A stretch of DNA of 64,000 nucleotides, taken from Lama glama. Taxonomy: Eukaryota. A model generated the notes under the pieces. It searched no databases, was not told the origin of the DNA, and saw nothing but the letters and a program-made list of their open reading frames with translations. Within the stretch, counting starts at the first letter, position 1. Every line of letters begins with the position of its first letter. This document shows positions 13,321-26,727 of the stretch, in pieces. Location: positions 3,038,001 through 3,102,000 of the forward strand of contig JAPYYK010000086.1 in NCBI GenBank assembly GCA_028534125.1. Reading direction: 5' to 3'. The position numbers and the translations under genes were made by a program.

Positions 13321-13479
13321 GCTTAATCATCATCTTAAACTGCCTTTTAAGATCTCAGAATAATAATCGTGGCCAGCACAATGCATGTGCCCGAGTCCTG
13401 AAGGGGACAATGTAAAAACCTGCTGCCTTCCCATCGTAAAAGCAGAGCTAAAAATTCATGCTAGGTTCCAAAGAAACAA

Positions 13480-13826
13480 CTATTGAAAGATCTCTTTGAG
13501 ACACAACTGGCGAGACCTGCATATGGACAGGCTGTTACAGGACTTCCTGTTAGTTTTTGTTAGACATGATAATGGTATGGTGATTTTACATATTTTAAAA
13601 TATTCTCAGAAGTTAGGGACAGCCCAGTGAAATATTTATGGATGAAACAACTTGCCTAGACTTCTTTAAACTTTTGCAGAAAATACCACAGAAATACAAA
13701 TGCAACAAAACTGGCAAAACGCTGATAATTGCTAAAGCTGGGCTGATGGGTGTATGGCAGTGTATTATACTGTTCTTTCTACTGGTGTGTATACTTGAAA
13801 ATTTCAACAGTAAGAAAGTTTTAAAA
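13480..13826 (+). mobile_element. Old L1ME/L1MC 3' end
   Basis: gataatggtatggtgatt, gaaatatttatggatgaaa, gatgggtgtatggcagtgtattatact...ttgaaaatttc. Confidence 0.65.
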
Positions 13827-16344
13827 GTAGTACTTCATTTGCCTTAATTACCATGGCATGCTTACAAATTCAGTAAGAAATCTGAAGCTGCCTAATTTTC
13901 ATACTTTTCAAAGACTGTGTGACTCGTCAGTTCTGAGATAAAGGGAGAGAACCATACTTCTGAAAAGGAGCTTTTAAGGCCACAGTGTCCTTGGCAGCTG
14001 CCAGCCTTCCAAGTCAAAGAGCCACATCAGCACCCTTTGCAAGGTCATTACACACCTGCAAGAGGGACACTGGGTATCCTGGTTTTAGGATCCAACAAGA
14101 ACAAATATCGATCTCAAACTAACACTTTCAGGGAGCCAACCAGATCTCATTTCGAGGAAGGACTAATCCAGCCTTCCTCTTGAAGATGGTGAACAGTGAG
14201 TATAGAAGATGCCACCAACACATCTTCAAAAGAAAAAGAAAAAAAAAATCCCTCTGAGTGAGCTGATATGTCTGAGGTGGTATCAGTCACCATATAACGA
14301 AAAGGGCTTCCTTAGGTCAGATCATCCTCCTTTTCTCCGAGGACATGTAATTACGCTTTCTGTTCAGTCCATCAGTATGAAGTTCTAAAGCCCACAAGGC
14401 CAAAACAGGGAGCCTGGACTTGCACGGATCAGCCAGAGTCGATGCCACCTTGAGAGCCATCACTGTCAAGTTGGAAGGACCTTTAACAATCACCTCACAC
14501 AGGACGTATGGGCAGGAACGTGCACAGGTAGGAAAGAGGATGCTCCAGAGATCCTGATTGGGTCAGTGACTATCTCCCCCTGACCTCTTCAGAAATTTCC
14601 AAATCCACACCTAGGTATCAGAACTTCTGGCTCGATTTAAGCACCTCGTAATGGAGAAGATAAGGTGGACTGACTGAAGTGGCTTGCCCCGAGTCACACA
14701 GCAGATGAGTGGCTGAGCCAGGCCCGGACACCAAGTCCAGACTCGGTAAGTCTAGCTCTTCCACTGGATGAGGCTCATCACTGGAGGTGACCGGAGCTGT
14801 CAACAAACTGTCCCCAGACACTGGCCTCCAAACTGCCACGAGTGACCAGTGAAGAAAATGGTCAAGGTATGTAACAAAAATCCATTTTAAATGTCTTTTA
14901 AAGAAGTGGAGGGTAAATGAAAACAGATCCAAAGTAACAACTGAAGAGAATCTGCTATGATGGGTGTGACAACTTCCCAGAGGCGAAAGGAGGCCTGGGC
15001 TCGGTAACCTCTGCCTGAGCTCCTGGCCGAGCGCGTCACACGCGACTCTGCTGACTGGCAGCCCGGCCCAGACAGACATCCTCCCCGAGGACACCCTGCA
15101 GCTCCGAGGACCTGCCCAACTTTGTAGACAGGGACACCTATGATTCCTGACACTGCATTTCAAAGGAAAACCTCCTTGGGCTCGTGTTTACGTAGTGCTT
15201 TGGGGAGGGGGGAGCCATTCAAGTGGAGCCTTCAACACAGCTGAAGGCTAAACAGAAAAGAATAGCTCCTCAAATGAAGAAGTTAGACACATCATAGGAC
15301 ACATCGTCACACTCAAACAGGATCTCGCATTTACTTCGATCACGCTTACACATCTGCATTATTAAACTCGAGAGCTGAGCCCAGAACTTCCTCCCGCACT
15401 GTTCTTGTGTCTTCCTTCTGGGCTCTGTGTCTCAGTGTGTTTCACACAAGGTGGCTCCAGGCAGGTTGTGGCAGATACATGGGAGGTGATCTGCCAAAAA
15501 GCTCTGGTGAAAATTTAGCTGAAAAGCAGACCTCCCAGGAGGCTGCAGCAGGTGTCAAAAAACTGGGCCGTGGACGTTTAATAGAAGAGCTTCTGTTGTG
15601 GCCCCCAGAACCCCACAGGTGTGAAGGCCTCCAGAAAGCTGTTAAGCAAACCGAGGAGCTCCAAACAGAAAAATGCCTCTCCTGGATGGGTTGCCTGTTC
15701 CCAGCAAAATATGTGGAACATGCATACAGATGCCTGGAAGGAGTGCTGGGCTGGTGGGGGGCCGGGGGGGAAGTCCATAAAGACCACAGACAGCATGTTT
15801 TTCTATGTGAATGATGGCATGTAACTCTTCATAAACTAAACAGCCAGGGACATCCAGTCTGCAGTCATTCAAACCCTGCCTCCATGCACCTCTTGCCAAA
15901 AAAAAAAAAAAAGAATTAAATTCCAGGGATTTCTTACAAATTCTTTGGTCTGAAATCAATTCCTCAAGTATGGCGTGGGAAACAAAATCTACTGGACCGA
16001 GCATCAAAGTATCCACGCTCTAGGGTTAGCTCGGCTGCTAATGGCTGTGTGACTTTGGCTCAGTCTCTCAACCTCTCTGAGACACACTTTCCCAATGTAG
16101 AAAACACGGAGGCTGACCAAGATGATCTCTGTCTATAGCTTCTTCTCTTTCTTTCCTGGTAAGATAATATAAATTGTGTGTCTGTATTTAATTAAGTTAG
16201 ATTTCAAAGGAAACCCATGGTAAAAGCTCATCTTGTCTGAAAACAGGTAAATTGCACCAACATTTTCAGAGATCACTTAGGCTGTAAGTCACAGCCTTCC
16301 TACTGCTTCTGGTAGTTCCCTTGAAATGAAAGATAGGGCAGTAC

Positions 16345-16467
16345 CTCCTCGGACTCCTTTAAATGGGTAGAAGAAGGCCACCAGCAGGTTCATCAGGACG
16401 GCCAGGTTAAAGGAGATGCTGCTCCAGAAAGACATGTTGCGGGCGCACCAGTACAGGACGGGCTGGG
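16345..16467 (-). CDS. ITPR1: ITPR1 coding exon (TM1): (A)[40 protein letters not shown]
   Basis: 123 nt; acceptor ccgcag, donor GTACTG; phase 1-1; hydrophobic TM segment. Confidence 0.97.
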
Positions 16468-19400
16468 CTGCGGAGACAAAGTCGGAGCCGTGTGAGGTTC
16501 CAGACCGCAAGTCAGGACGCTGGGAACTCCACACCACCCTCCCTCCCGCTCTGCCCCTCAAAGTCCACTTTTGTTCCCAGTTTTTTTTTTTTTTTTACTG
16601 CTAGAGGAAAAACGATCATTTGTTTTGAAGCTGACTCATAGGCTCTTAATGACATGAGATTGGTTTATTTCTGTTTGGAGTCCTTACTGGAACAGAGGAT
16701 GTATTTGGGGACAAGGAAGAGGAGAAAGGGGAAAAGTTGGAGCATCTAAAAACCCTGCCTGCCCCTGTCAACACCATCAGCTCTGGAATCTGGGGGTTAC
16801 CCAGAGTTCACGTGCTGTGTCCTCAGTTCCCCCCAGAGTTCTGGGACCAGAGGAGATGCCCAAGCAGACCCGAGAACTCAATGAGCCTTTTAGAAGTGTG
16901 GGCCACTGGCAGGGGGTGACACACAGCATTCAGAGTTGGCGCAGCTGGCCCCAGACTAGGAATGCTATACTTCCATATACCTCCCTTGCGCAAAATTCTA
17001 TACCAACTCGCTGGTGCTGACAAGCAAGACAACGATCCCTGTCCTGACATGGAGTCACCTGCCGTTTTCCTGAAGTCTGGTCAGGACTTTTGAGGGGCAG
17101 AGCATCTAGGAGCCAGAGCCGCAGCCTGGATGGTCAGCAGCAGCTACAGTGGAGAAGTGGCACCAAAGCCATCGCAAAGGGCCAGCGACCCTTTTGGTGA
17201 GGCCACGCAGGCTGCACCCTCAGCATGAGGACAGTAAGTCGGGGACCACACTGTGTGCGCAGGTCCTTCCTGTTCCTCTGAATTCTTCAGTGGTGCCTTA
17301 CACTTAGGATGATGCTCAGAAACAGACACGGCAGGAATAACTTCCATCTCCACGCCAGAGGCAAAGTTTCCAAAAGAGAGTCTCACTCAGCGTTATCCTC
17401 CTCCAAAGGGAAGCGTGGAGTATGTGAAAATGGGTCTCCAGTGTGTATTTCCCCTTCCCAGTGAAGTCATCATTTAACTTCAGGGCAGCAAGCCAATGAC
17501 AGACCCAGTGAGTCTATAACGATGCCTATAGAGGTAGCCAAGCCTTTGGATGCTTCAATCCAAAGTCAAGTTATGGCACAATTCAACAAAGCCCCAGATA
17601 ACTGAATAATTGCTCATTTCATGTTTGCACTTGGCAACAGGCCATGTTTCCAAACCGTAGGGCTTTGGAGCTGTAAACATGATCACTTTATCAGTGAGGG
17701 AAACCGAGGCCCCGCAGAGGATAGAAGCCGTGGAGATCTCATCACCCGGGTCAGAGACCCTCTGGGGGAGTGACAGGGACAAAGTTAAGTGGCTCATGTC
17801 ACCATTTAATAGAGGAGCCGAACAGGAATCAGTCAAACTATAGTTAATGACTGGCTTTCTTATAGAGTAAGTTTAAGATGAGAAACCACCCATTCTGGCA
17901 ACAATAGCGATTGGTGTTTCTGCTGGGACTGGAGCGCATTTCTGATCTGAGTATGAAAACTCCAGAGAGGACAGAGGAGACAGACGGCAGAAAGGGCAAA
18001 GGGCTGAGAGCTGCTGCAGCTGAGTGATGGGTACATCACTCTCACAGTAAGGTGTGTACAAAGAGCTCATAAGAAGAAGTTCAAAGGAAAAAAGGCAGGA
18101 AATGGCGAAGCTCAGCGATGCTTCGGTAAGTCAGGATTCTCTTCGGGGGCAGGGGGGCAGCTCTCTACATCAAGTGTGACTGGAGCCACTGTATGAAGCT
18201 TTAATATAACTGTAATGAATGGTCTTCAACTACAGCATGCAGTTCACAAATCTTTTTGTAAAGCTAACGCTGCACTGAAATTGTAGTGTCATTCTGAGTA
18301 TGAACCAACATCCAGCCTTTCAAATCAACTGGGTATCTAGGCAGGTGCAAGAAGACAGGGTACCATGAGCGCAGATGGGCAGGGCAATTTAAGTATCTGC
18401 ACCCAGCGCGTCTCTTGGTAACCCTCTTCCCTAATTTTTTTTTTTAAAATGGACCTACCTGGGGCTTGCTTGAGGACCTGGGCTCCACATGCATCCAGCA
18501 ACAGAATTTCCCACTGTATTCTGCTGAGCGTGATAACCAGGAGGGTAAACCGCCAGTAACGCAGTGTCTGCATATGCAACTCTAACTCAGTTTCTCTTCA
18601 CCATCTTCCAGTTTTCTAAGCCCAGAGTTTTCACTTTGCTGGGCTAGGATCTTCAGGGGAAGATGTCAGAGAGGCACAGTGGAGAGAGGATCTGGACACA
18701 CAGAAGGGTGTGTGTGCACGTTGTGTGTGTATGTGTGTACGTGTATAAGGTGTGAGTAGAGCAAGGAAGAGGTCTTCTGGAGAGCACAGGAGCTGAATAT
18801 CTTAACACTCGCAGAAGCAAATATTAAGAGCGTGAATCTCCGACAGACCTCAGTGTGTATCTGAGCCCAAGCTACAGATTCACCAAAGCACAGATGATTC
18901 TCTGCGAGACTTGCAGGAAATAACACAGCTTCATGCATAAACCAGAGAAATCTTTTCTGCAGATGTATTAGAAGAGAAAGAGACTACTTAGAGGGCAAAA
19001 TGTGTTTCATTTTAATTACACTTCTAATGGGTACATTTCTCCCTACCCTAAATATGCAAATCATGTTTAATTCAGTTAGTACTTTCAATTTTTCTCTTAC
19101 CAGCAGAAAGCTTTGAAGCCAATTAACATCTTTCAGTTGACAACTATAGCTGTGTTTAAGTTTCTCTGAAACAAAAACTGTTTTTGAAACAGAGACAGGT
19201 CAAATAAGAGAAAGTATTAGCCACAAGGCAACGTCAACCTTGGAACGATGAGATGACCATTCTGCAGTCAACCAATCGATCGATCAGGCTGTCGTAATTC
19301 CCCACTTCACAGGTGAGGGCCTAGGAGAGGCTAAGTCATCTGCACGGGGCCACAGAGCTGGCGGGCGGGCAGAAGCAGAATGGAACTCAGATCCCCTACC

Positions 19401-21142
19401 TCTTGGGGCTGAGATCTTACGACACCAGACTGAAGACAACGGCTCAGAAAGAGGGATGACAAGGTATCTCACCTCAGCACCAAAGGTGAAAAGCTTTCTG
19501 TCAATTCGTAAGCCCTTCGAAGAACCTACTTTTTATATGTATATATATATCTCTCTCAAATATATCTCATATATACATGAGAACACAAATCTGAGAAAAA
19601 GAATAGATTTGACCAGTCTTAGGACTTAGTAGACTCATACACTGGTAAGGGTGAAATCACAGTTTTAGTAACTACTATGGAAGCTTGGAGACATGAATTT
19701 ACGATTATCCCTTCAAGCTGGAATCATGGACTATCTCAGTGAAGAGCAAAATCAACAAATAAGAGGAAGTAAGTTCTCTTCTATTCAACATAAGGGCTGA
19801 AAATACAAGAGTACACAATGGATGGGGGTCTATGTCTACCTTTTTTGGTACCTTTTTTCTTACTGCACAAACGTGGTGCTGTGTAGATGTTCAACGTTAC
19901 TCATGACGGCTGGGCTGGAGGAGCTCAGGTGGGAGTCCACAGTGGGCTCCGAGGACACTGATAGCGGGGAAACCTGTCTGCTATGTCTTCTGAGGTCCAT
20001 ACCAAGGAAGACAAGTGTGCTAGAGGCGGACAGTGTCTGCCAGACACCAAGCATGGGGCTGAGTGAGGAATGGGTTGCTTCAGCAAAACATTTTTTAATG
20101 TTTAAAGTGCTGGGCGATGAGGTGCCCCTTAGAGACGAGAGAGGATGGAGTGGGGGAGGGGCAAGAGCAGCACCTGCTGGCCAACCTGCTTGCACAACCC
20201 CCTCCACCACGAACCTGACTGAATCTAGGTGTGCAGGGAGGGAGGGAGGGAGGGAGCGATGAAGTGGGAGCAACAGGCAGTAAAGGAGGCTGGTCTGCTC
20301 CGGCTCAGGCTGGTGCGGGAACCAGAGGACAAAAGCTCCCAGAAACTGACCTCCAACCCAGCGTCCCCTCCCGCGGCCCCGCCCTGCCACAAGAGCCCAG
20401 TCATCACCACTGTAGCTGGAATCCAGGGCTTCCAATTAAAAACCCGTCTCCTGACTAGCAGACAGGAATAAAGCACCATCCTTCCTAAGTTGGTCACAAC
20501 AGTTGGTGCCGAGCATACGGTCGGTACTGAAGGATCACATTAAACCCTCATGAAAACCAGGAGTGGAGAAGCCCTCGGGGACAGCCCTATAAAAGTGTTT
20601 TAGACGAGTAATTTCGACCTGCCTGGCTGGGCTTTGCAAGGGGACTCGCTGATGAGCAACAGCATATCGTATGTGGCAAATGATTCCACTGCCTATAAAA
20701 TGACACCAGAGTCTAAAATCTGAGCTACCCTATAAAAGGGGGAGACCGGCGTCTTCTGAGCAGGTGTGCTCGTAAACGAGCACTCAAGGGGGCTGGATTT
20801 CCTGCTCAAGTGCATCATCCTGCGAGCTCCAGGCCTGCCTGCTCTTCATTCCTTTTATTTTCTACCTCAAGATAACCAAAAAAGGCATTCTGAGCCGTCC
20901 CTGGGGCTCTCCAATCAGATCAGGTCAAAGGCTGCTGGAAGGGAGCCTTCAGATGCCTGAGGCTGGAGCTCATTTTCAGGTTCATCCTTGAAGGTGCCCA
21001 GGTCTTCCTGGTGCTCAGAGGGGACAAGAACCCTACTGCCCCAGCTCTGCTCCTACTCGGAGGTCCTCGCACCCATCATCCAGGTCCATGCAACCCCAGA
21101 ACCATGTCTCTCTGGAGCATCGTGGAGGCGTCGCGGACCCAC

Positions 21143-21335
21143 CTCTCAGCTTCTTCTGCCAGTTCATCTCGTTGAAGAGGTCCTCGGACCGCAGGAAGAA
21201 GTCGTTGATCTTGCTGCCTTGCTCGTCCCTCTCGGTAGTGTAGTATATTCGGAGTTTTGACTCCTTGGTTAGGAATTCACATATACTGGGCACGGGGAAC
21301 ACGATCTGCTCCATGGTTCGGTCTAATCTGACAAT
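21143..21335 (-). CDS. ITPR1: ITPR1 coding exon: [64 protein letters not shown]
   Basis: 193 nt; acceptor ccctag, donor GTGGGT; phase 0 to 1. Confidence 0.97.
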
Positions 21336-21631
21336 CTAGGGTGAAGACATGGATGAGGTTAAATAGTTATCTTCAAAAACCCTTTACTCAGGCTCTCTGC
21401 AGCAGCCATGGGCTCAGTGTTCAAGACCAGGGCTAGTAACAGGTCTGCTCTGAGGTCTTCTCTGATTACCTAATCCCCAGACTGGGCTGTGTCTCCTACA
21501 GCTCCACAGAACACAGTTTTGGTAAGTCTATAAGATTATTTCTCTAACTTCAGACCCATTCGTTTTACTGTGACTACGTTTTATCTGGAACAACTTAAAG
21601 TGTGTTTTGTGTACATATTCAGATGAGGCTC

Positions 21632-21810
21632 TGGGCTGTCCAACAGAACTTTCTGTAATGAGGGAATGGTTCTGTATCTGTGTGGCTGCCTTGTCCAAAC
21701 GGAGAGTCACTGGTCACCTGTGGCCACTGAGTCCGGGCACGTGTGGCTAGTACAATTTGGATGTAAACAGCCAAATGTGGCTAGTGGCCATCCTATGGGA
21801 CAGGGCGGCG
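21632..21810. mobile_element. MER3-like hAT-Charlie element
   Basis: gctgtccaacagaactttctgtaatgagggaatg...gccaaatgtggctagtggcc...ggacag termini. Confidence 0.7.
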
Positions 21811-23444
21811 CTAGGCTGTGGGACAAATCTCACCTAACACCCTGTCTCAGAGCTCAAAACTGGGTTACTTTTACTTGCTAGGAACTTTAAAAGGAGATCT
21901 GTGGTTTATTCGGTTGCAGCGACCTCCTACTTCTGACTTGTCGTAGCATCAAACACGTACGACGCACGAACCCATCGCCCGCTGGATGCTGTAGCAACAG
22001 CTCTCACTGTTCTTTAAATGAGCTTTTCTGGGCCCCGGGGTGGACACCTCACAGGCTTCCTCCGTGCCCTTCCTAGACTGCCTCGATCCCCAGAAAGAGG
22101 AGTCTGGTTGAGATCATTCAAATTTTAGGACACTGCACTGAGTCACACTCCTGGGGGGACAGATTTCAAAAGGGGTCCAGGCTGCAGTAGGGAAGGGGCT
22201 TGGCCTCTCTCGAGTCTTCCTCCCCAGAGCCTAGAGAAGCCAGGGGAGGCCCAGGGTAATGCCCTCTACTAGAAGACCTGGGCCACATTCTCTCAGCACT
22301 GTTCCCAATGCAGCCAGAGAGGTGACTCAGGTCAAGTAATGGGAAACTCTCTTAGAGGTCAGACAGGTTCCCACAGCTCTGCCTCCATAAATTCTGGGAG
22401 ACTCTGGACCAGTGGTTTCCAAATCAAGGTGAAGCTCAGGTTACGGAAGCTTCCTTATCATACCGACAATGGTTCATAAGCCAACCTCATTTAACTGGAA
22501 CCGTGGAGCTGGGGTTGGTAACGCTGGTGCACACACAGGCTTAGGGACCAACCCGGTAGCCTTCTGCTGTCAAGAGGAGGCCTGCTTCACAGTCACGTGG
22601 GCTTTGGATCAGTCCCTCCTGATATGGAAGGAATGGGATCTGAGAAGTGTGGCTGGGCTCAGGAGGCAATGGAGGAGAAGACAGGAGGCTTCCTGCCAAG
22701 AACTAATGACCAGACTCCAGGGCTGCCCAGCCCAAGTCACCAGAGTGAAGGCACCAGGGTCTGCAGGAGCCCCAGGGAGCGACAGTGCTCTCTGGCTCCG
22801 CACAGGTCATTCCCTGGGAAACTGGAAGATAAAGGCTGCAAGGAACAGGATTTCGGGACACCATGCCTGGCCTCTTCTCTCCATCCTTGAAGATGGACCC
22901 ATGCCTCTTTTTCAGTAAACTTCCAATTGGAAATCAGAATCCATCTCAGTGCTTCTCCGACCTCTAACGGGCTGGGTGAACTTGCTCACGTCTCTCAGCC
23001 TCCTGCTTCAGTCTGCCGCCCTGGGAACCAAGGCTCCTTCTCCCCTGGCGTTCCACACCGTGAACCCCTGAAGCTTGTCTTCTAAGCGCTCCAGAGGACA
23101 GAGCTGGCCCTTCCATCACCACTGACCATGGCCATTCTAGTCAGTCACAATAAATCAGGAATATGTGTTCACACACACTGTTATGGTCAAATATAATCAG
23201 TGAAATGATGCATTTTATTAGGACAGCCCAAAGACCTGAGACATCGAGCAAGGATATACTCTTAGAAGTCTCCAGCCTGAACATCTCATGGGGCCCCAGG
23301 GGTCTTCAGTATCTCTGTTCTGACTCCGATCATGAATTTGTACATTTCCTCCTTAGCCAAACAGAATATACCATCCCTCATTGCCCAGAGCCTGCAGACC
23401 TAAGTCTGTGTTCTCCCGGCCCCTAGGAGACAACATAGGTCACA

Positions 23445-23610
23445 TAAAAAGTACCCATGGGCTCTGGGTTACCCTGACCTGGATGGAAATTGCAGCCCCA
23501 CCACTGATAACTAGATAAGCAACACAACCTCCCTGAGTCCTACTTCGGAGTTTTCCCATCTGCAAGACGGAAACAATCCCACCGGGCTCCCAGAGGATGA
23601 GGGCGGTCTG
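23445..23610 (+). mobile_element. MIR SINE
   Basis: ctagataagc...ctccctgag...ttttcccatctgcaagacgg degenerate MIR core. Confidence 0.45.
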
Positions 23611-24183
23611 TTATGTGTGTGTCCTGCAAATGCAGATCTGGTCCTATCGCTCGTCTGTGTAAAACTCTAGACAGTGTTGCCAGGGTCAAGTCCAGACTTG
23701 GGACGCAGATGGCTGACAGGATGCTGCAGGCTCGGGGCTGCCTACCTGCCTTTCTGACTGTGTGCTGCTCTCCCTTAAGCTCACTCAATTCCAGCTCCCC
23801 ACTCTTGCCTCCCCCCAGGGCCTCAGCCTGCCATGACTCCCTGTCTCCCAGAGATCCTCCCTCCGGGCTCTGACCGTTCATTCCTGTTTTCCTTAAGGTC
23901 TGTGCTGAGGTCTCTCTGTTCAGACCTGACCACTGTAGTCCCTGGCAGGCCCCCTGCTGGACCTCCTCACAACACCTCTGCTTGCCCTCATGGCCTGGTT
24001 GGAACTTGTAACGCGTCTTCTCATGTGGACCTGCTCTGTGTCTGCCTCCTTACAAGGCTTTAAGTAGGCCTCAAGACTGTCTCGCCGCATCTTTATAGCT
24101 CAGATGAATGACTGAAGGCAAGCCCAGCCCAGCCCTAGCCTGAGGCGCCGCACGCCCAAGCCCGGTGTCTACTCTGCTTTTAC

Positions 24184-24288
24184 CTCTATCTGGGCCGTGT
24201 GCTTGGCATAAAACTCCAGAGCTTCGTCTCCATCCACCTGGCCACCAGGCTTCAGCATGGTCTGAAGTTCCTTGTTATGCCGAGCCAG
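24184..24288 (-). CDS. ITPR1: ITPR1 coding exon: [35 protein letters not shown]
   Basis: 105 nt; acceptor ttctag, donor GTAAAA; phase 0-0; read manually. Confidence 0.96.
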
Positions 24289-25316
24289 CTAGAACACAAG
24301 TACAGAAAACAGGGGAGTCGACATCTCTTTGCAACAGGAACATACAAGCCCCTTTCCCGTTCTGGGTATAAAAGACGCAGAATAACCAAGGCAAAGCTAG
24401 AGGTGGTGGGCGGGGCAGGAGCCCACTGCTTTCCATCAAGGTGCGCGCTGCACAGATGCGATTCTGGGCACTTGGCAGAGCAGCACGGACAACGCCTGCT
24501 CACGAGAGGTCCCACCTTCCCCCGAAGTCTTTAGCCAGGCGGGAGGGGGGTGGGGTTTCCTGTTCAGCCTCACAGAGCCTCTGTTTGGAATGTCCCGAGA
24601 CTGCTCAGTGGCTCCATGCCAGGAACAGACGAGATCAAGGGCAGGAGACAGTTTTCTAGTCTGCCTCCAGGGACCGCCACCCTCCGGCCTGGTACCATCA
24701 TGGCTTACATCTCACGCCTCTACCTAAGCGGGGTGCCCGGGACAGGAAGCACCAGCCTGCAGCAGCCACCACTGCCCACACACACAGCCCGCTCAAGGCA
24801 CGTCAACCTCCAGAAAGAGGAAGTGTCTTCAAAAGCCCAGCCACTTGGGAAGAGAGTTATGAAACAGGGCATTTTGGTGCCAGGGTAAGAAGTATTACTA
24901 CATCGCTCAAAAGGCAAACAAAAAGAAGTCATCATGACAAGTTCCCAAAGATTTCCAAGTGCGATAGGCCAGGCAGCTGAGGTTTATTTCTTTAGATTGT
25001 TAAGATAGACTCCTCAATATTTACGAACAGACTAAGCCTCCTTTCAACTGTCTTGAGGCACAATCATAAACTCCGCAAGTATCACTGCTCAGGGGGAACG
25101 CTTTTAACAGATGTGGGGGTTTCCAAGGACATGACCCCACCGGAGTGGAAAAACGGAATGCCTGAGATCTCAGGACACTGGGTCAGGTGGCCAGTAGTGC
25201 CCGTAAGCCCAAACCACCCCTGGTTAAAACCTCAAAGGAAAACCAAGTCTCGGGCACACCCAGCGTGGACTTCTGGCACTGCACGCCTGGCAGGGTGCCC
25301 GGGGCAGAGGTCGTAC

Positions 25317-25439
25317 CTGGTGCGCCAAGATGTAGATGTTGTGCCCCACGTTCCTGGGGGAGGCGGCTCCATCCTCGCCGTTCTCTCCATCCTCAAACTC
25401 CACTTCGCCCTGCATGTAGGCTTTCTTGATCACTTCCAC
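25317..25439 (-). CDS. ITPR1: ITPR1 coding exon: [41 protein letters not shown]
   Basis: 123 nt; acceptor ttgcag, donor GTACGA; phase 0-0. Confidence 0.97.
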
Positions 25440-26713
25440 CTGCAAGAAGGGCCAAGAGAACAAAGCTCCCGTTTCAAGGAAGACCCACACGGGACTGGCA
25501 ACAACAACACAGACACTATGTACCTCCCCTTCGCGGCAGACGCTGCTCAGTTCACGTTTCTACCAGGAGTGCACACAGCCTTAGAATCCTTCTCAACACG
25601 ATCACAGGCAGTTGCTGCCAGTGAACCTGCACCGACATGAGGAGTGAAACCCAGGTGCTCTCCCTTAGACCAAGAGACACTGTCTGGATGCTCATGTCCT
25701 TCCACGTTAGAAGGGGACGATGGCTAGTAAAGTGCCCACGAACAACAATATGATAAAAAGAAGGCCAGAAGCCAGACTTCTCTCCCTCTACTTGGTCCCG
25801 ACTTTTCCCACCTGCTACCCTGCCACTTTAGAAAGCCATCAGCCTTTAAGAAGAGCTGGTGAAACTATTTTCTGACTCCAGATTTTCTCCTGTCCCCCAC
25901 AACCTACTCTACATAAAGAGTACCATTAACCAGTGACGTTGACCAACATTGTGCCAAGCTCCGTGTTCAGTATTTTGTCATTGTTTCAGAATATTTGAGG
26001 CTCATAAACATTTTATGAGGTGTCAAAGACTCCCACTGATTATGGATGAGGAAGCAGACTTGGGGAGGTAAAAGGGTGTTCCTCTGTTCACACGGCTGCT
26101 GAGCTGAGCTTTGACCTCACCGTCTCACGCTGAGAGCACGTTACCTCCAGCATTCCTGCGCCCGCCGTCCTGCTCCCACTATCTCCGCTCCCCGAGCAGG
26201 GAGGCTCTGCCCATTTCTCAGTCCCTCCATGATGCCCAGCACAACATCCCGGAGAAAGCAGGGCCCGGCCAGTATTTATCAAACAAACATACCATTCAAG
26301 ATTTAATCATTCCAAGAACAAGAACACAGTGCCTCCAACCCCTAAGTTGTACTAAAAATTAATTATTTTCTTTGATGATTCAGAAGGCGTTTCTGCTTCC
26401 TGCACTGCCACGAGGCCATTACCCTGAATTATTTCTCATTATCCCGGATCAAGCATGCAGAGGGCCACATGCTTCTGTACTCACACCAGGTCAGGCCCTG
26501 GAAATAATTTTAAAGGCAAGACCCTTGCTGAGTTTGTTTTCTAATACCAGACTGAACAGACGTGGGGGCCAGAAATACACACGTTACACGTGCACACATA
26601 TGTACACACATGTTCCGGACACAAGAACATCTCCGCTACGTGGGTTCTCAGAACCGAGTTTGGTCCAAGAAGCCTTAGACTCCTCCCCATCAGCTGGGAA
26701 TGATACTATTCAA

Positions 26714-26727
26714 CCACAAGGGGGCGA
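26714..26727 (+). promoter_or_regulatory. CTCF-like motif CCACAAGGGGGCGA
   Basis: Close match to CTCF core CCASYAGRKGGCRS; motif only. Confidence 0.4.

Noticed and set aside
15195-15230. ggggagggg...caagtggag as the head of a camelid tRNA-derived SINE
   Set aside because: No B box, tail or TSD; similarity too weak
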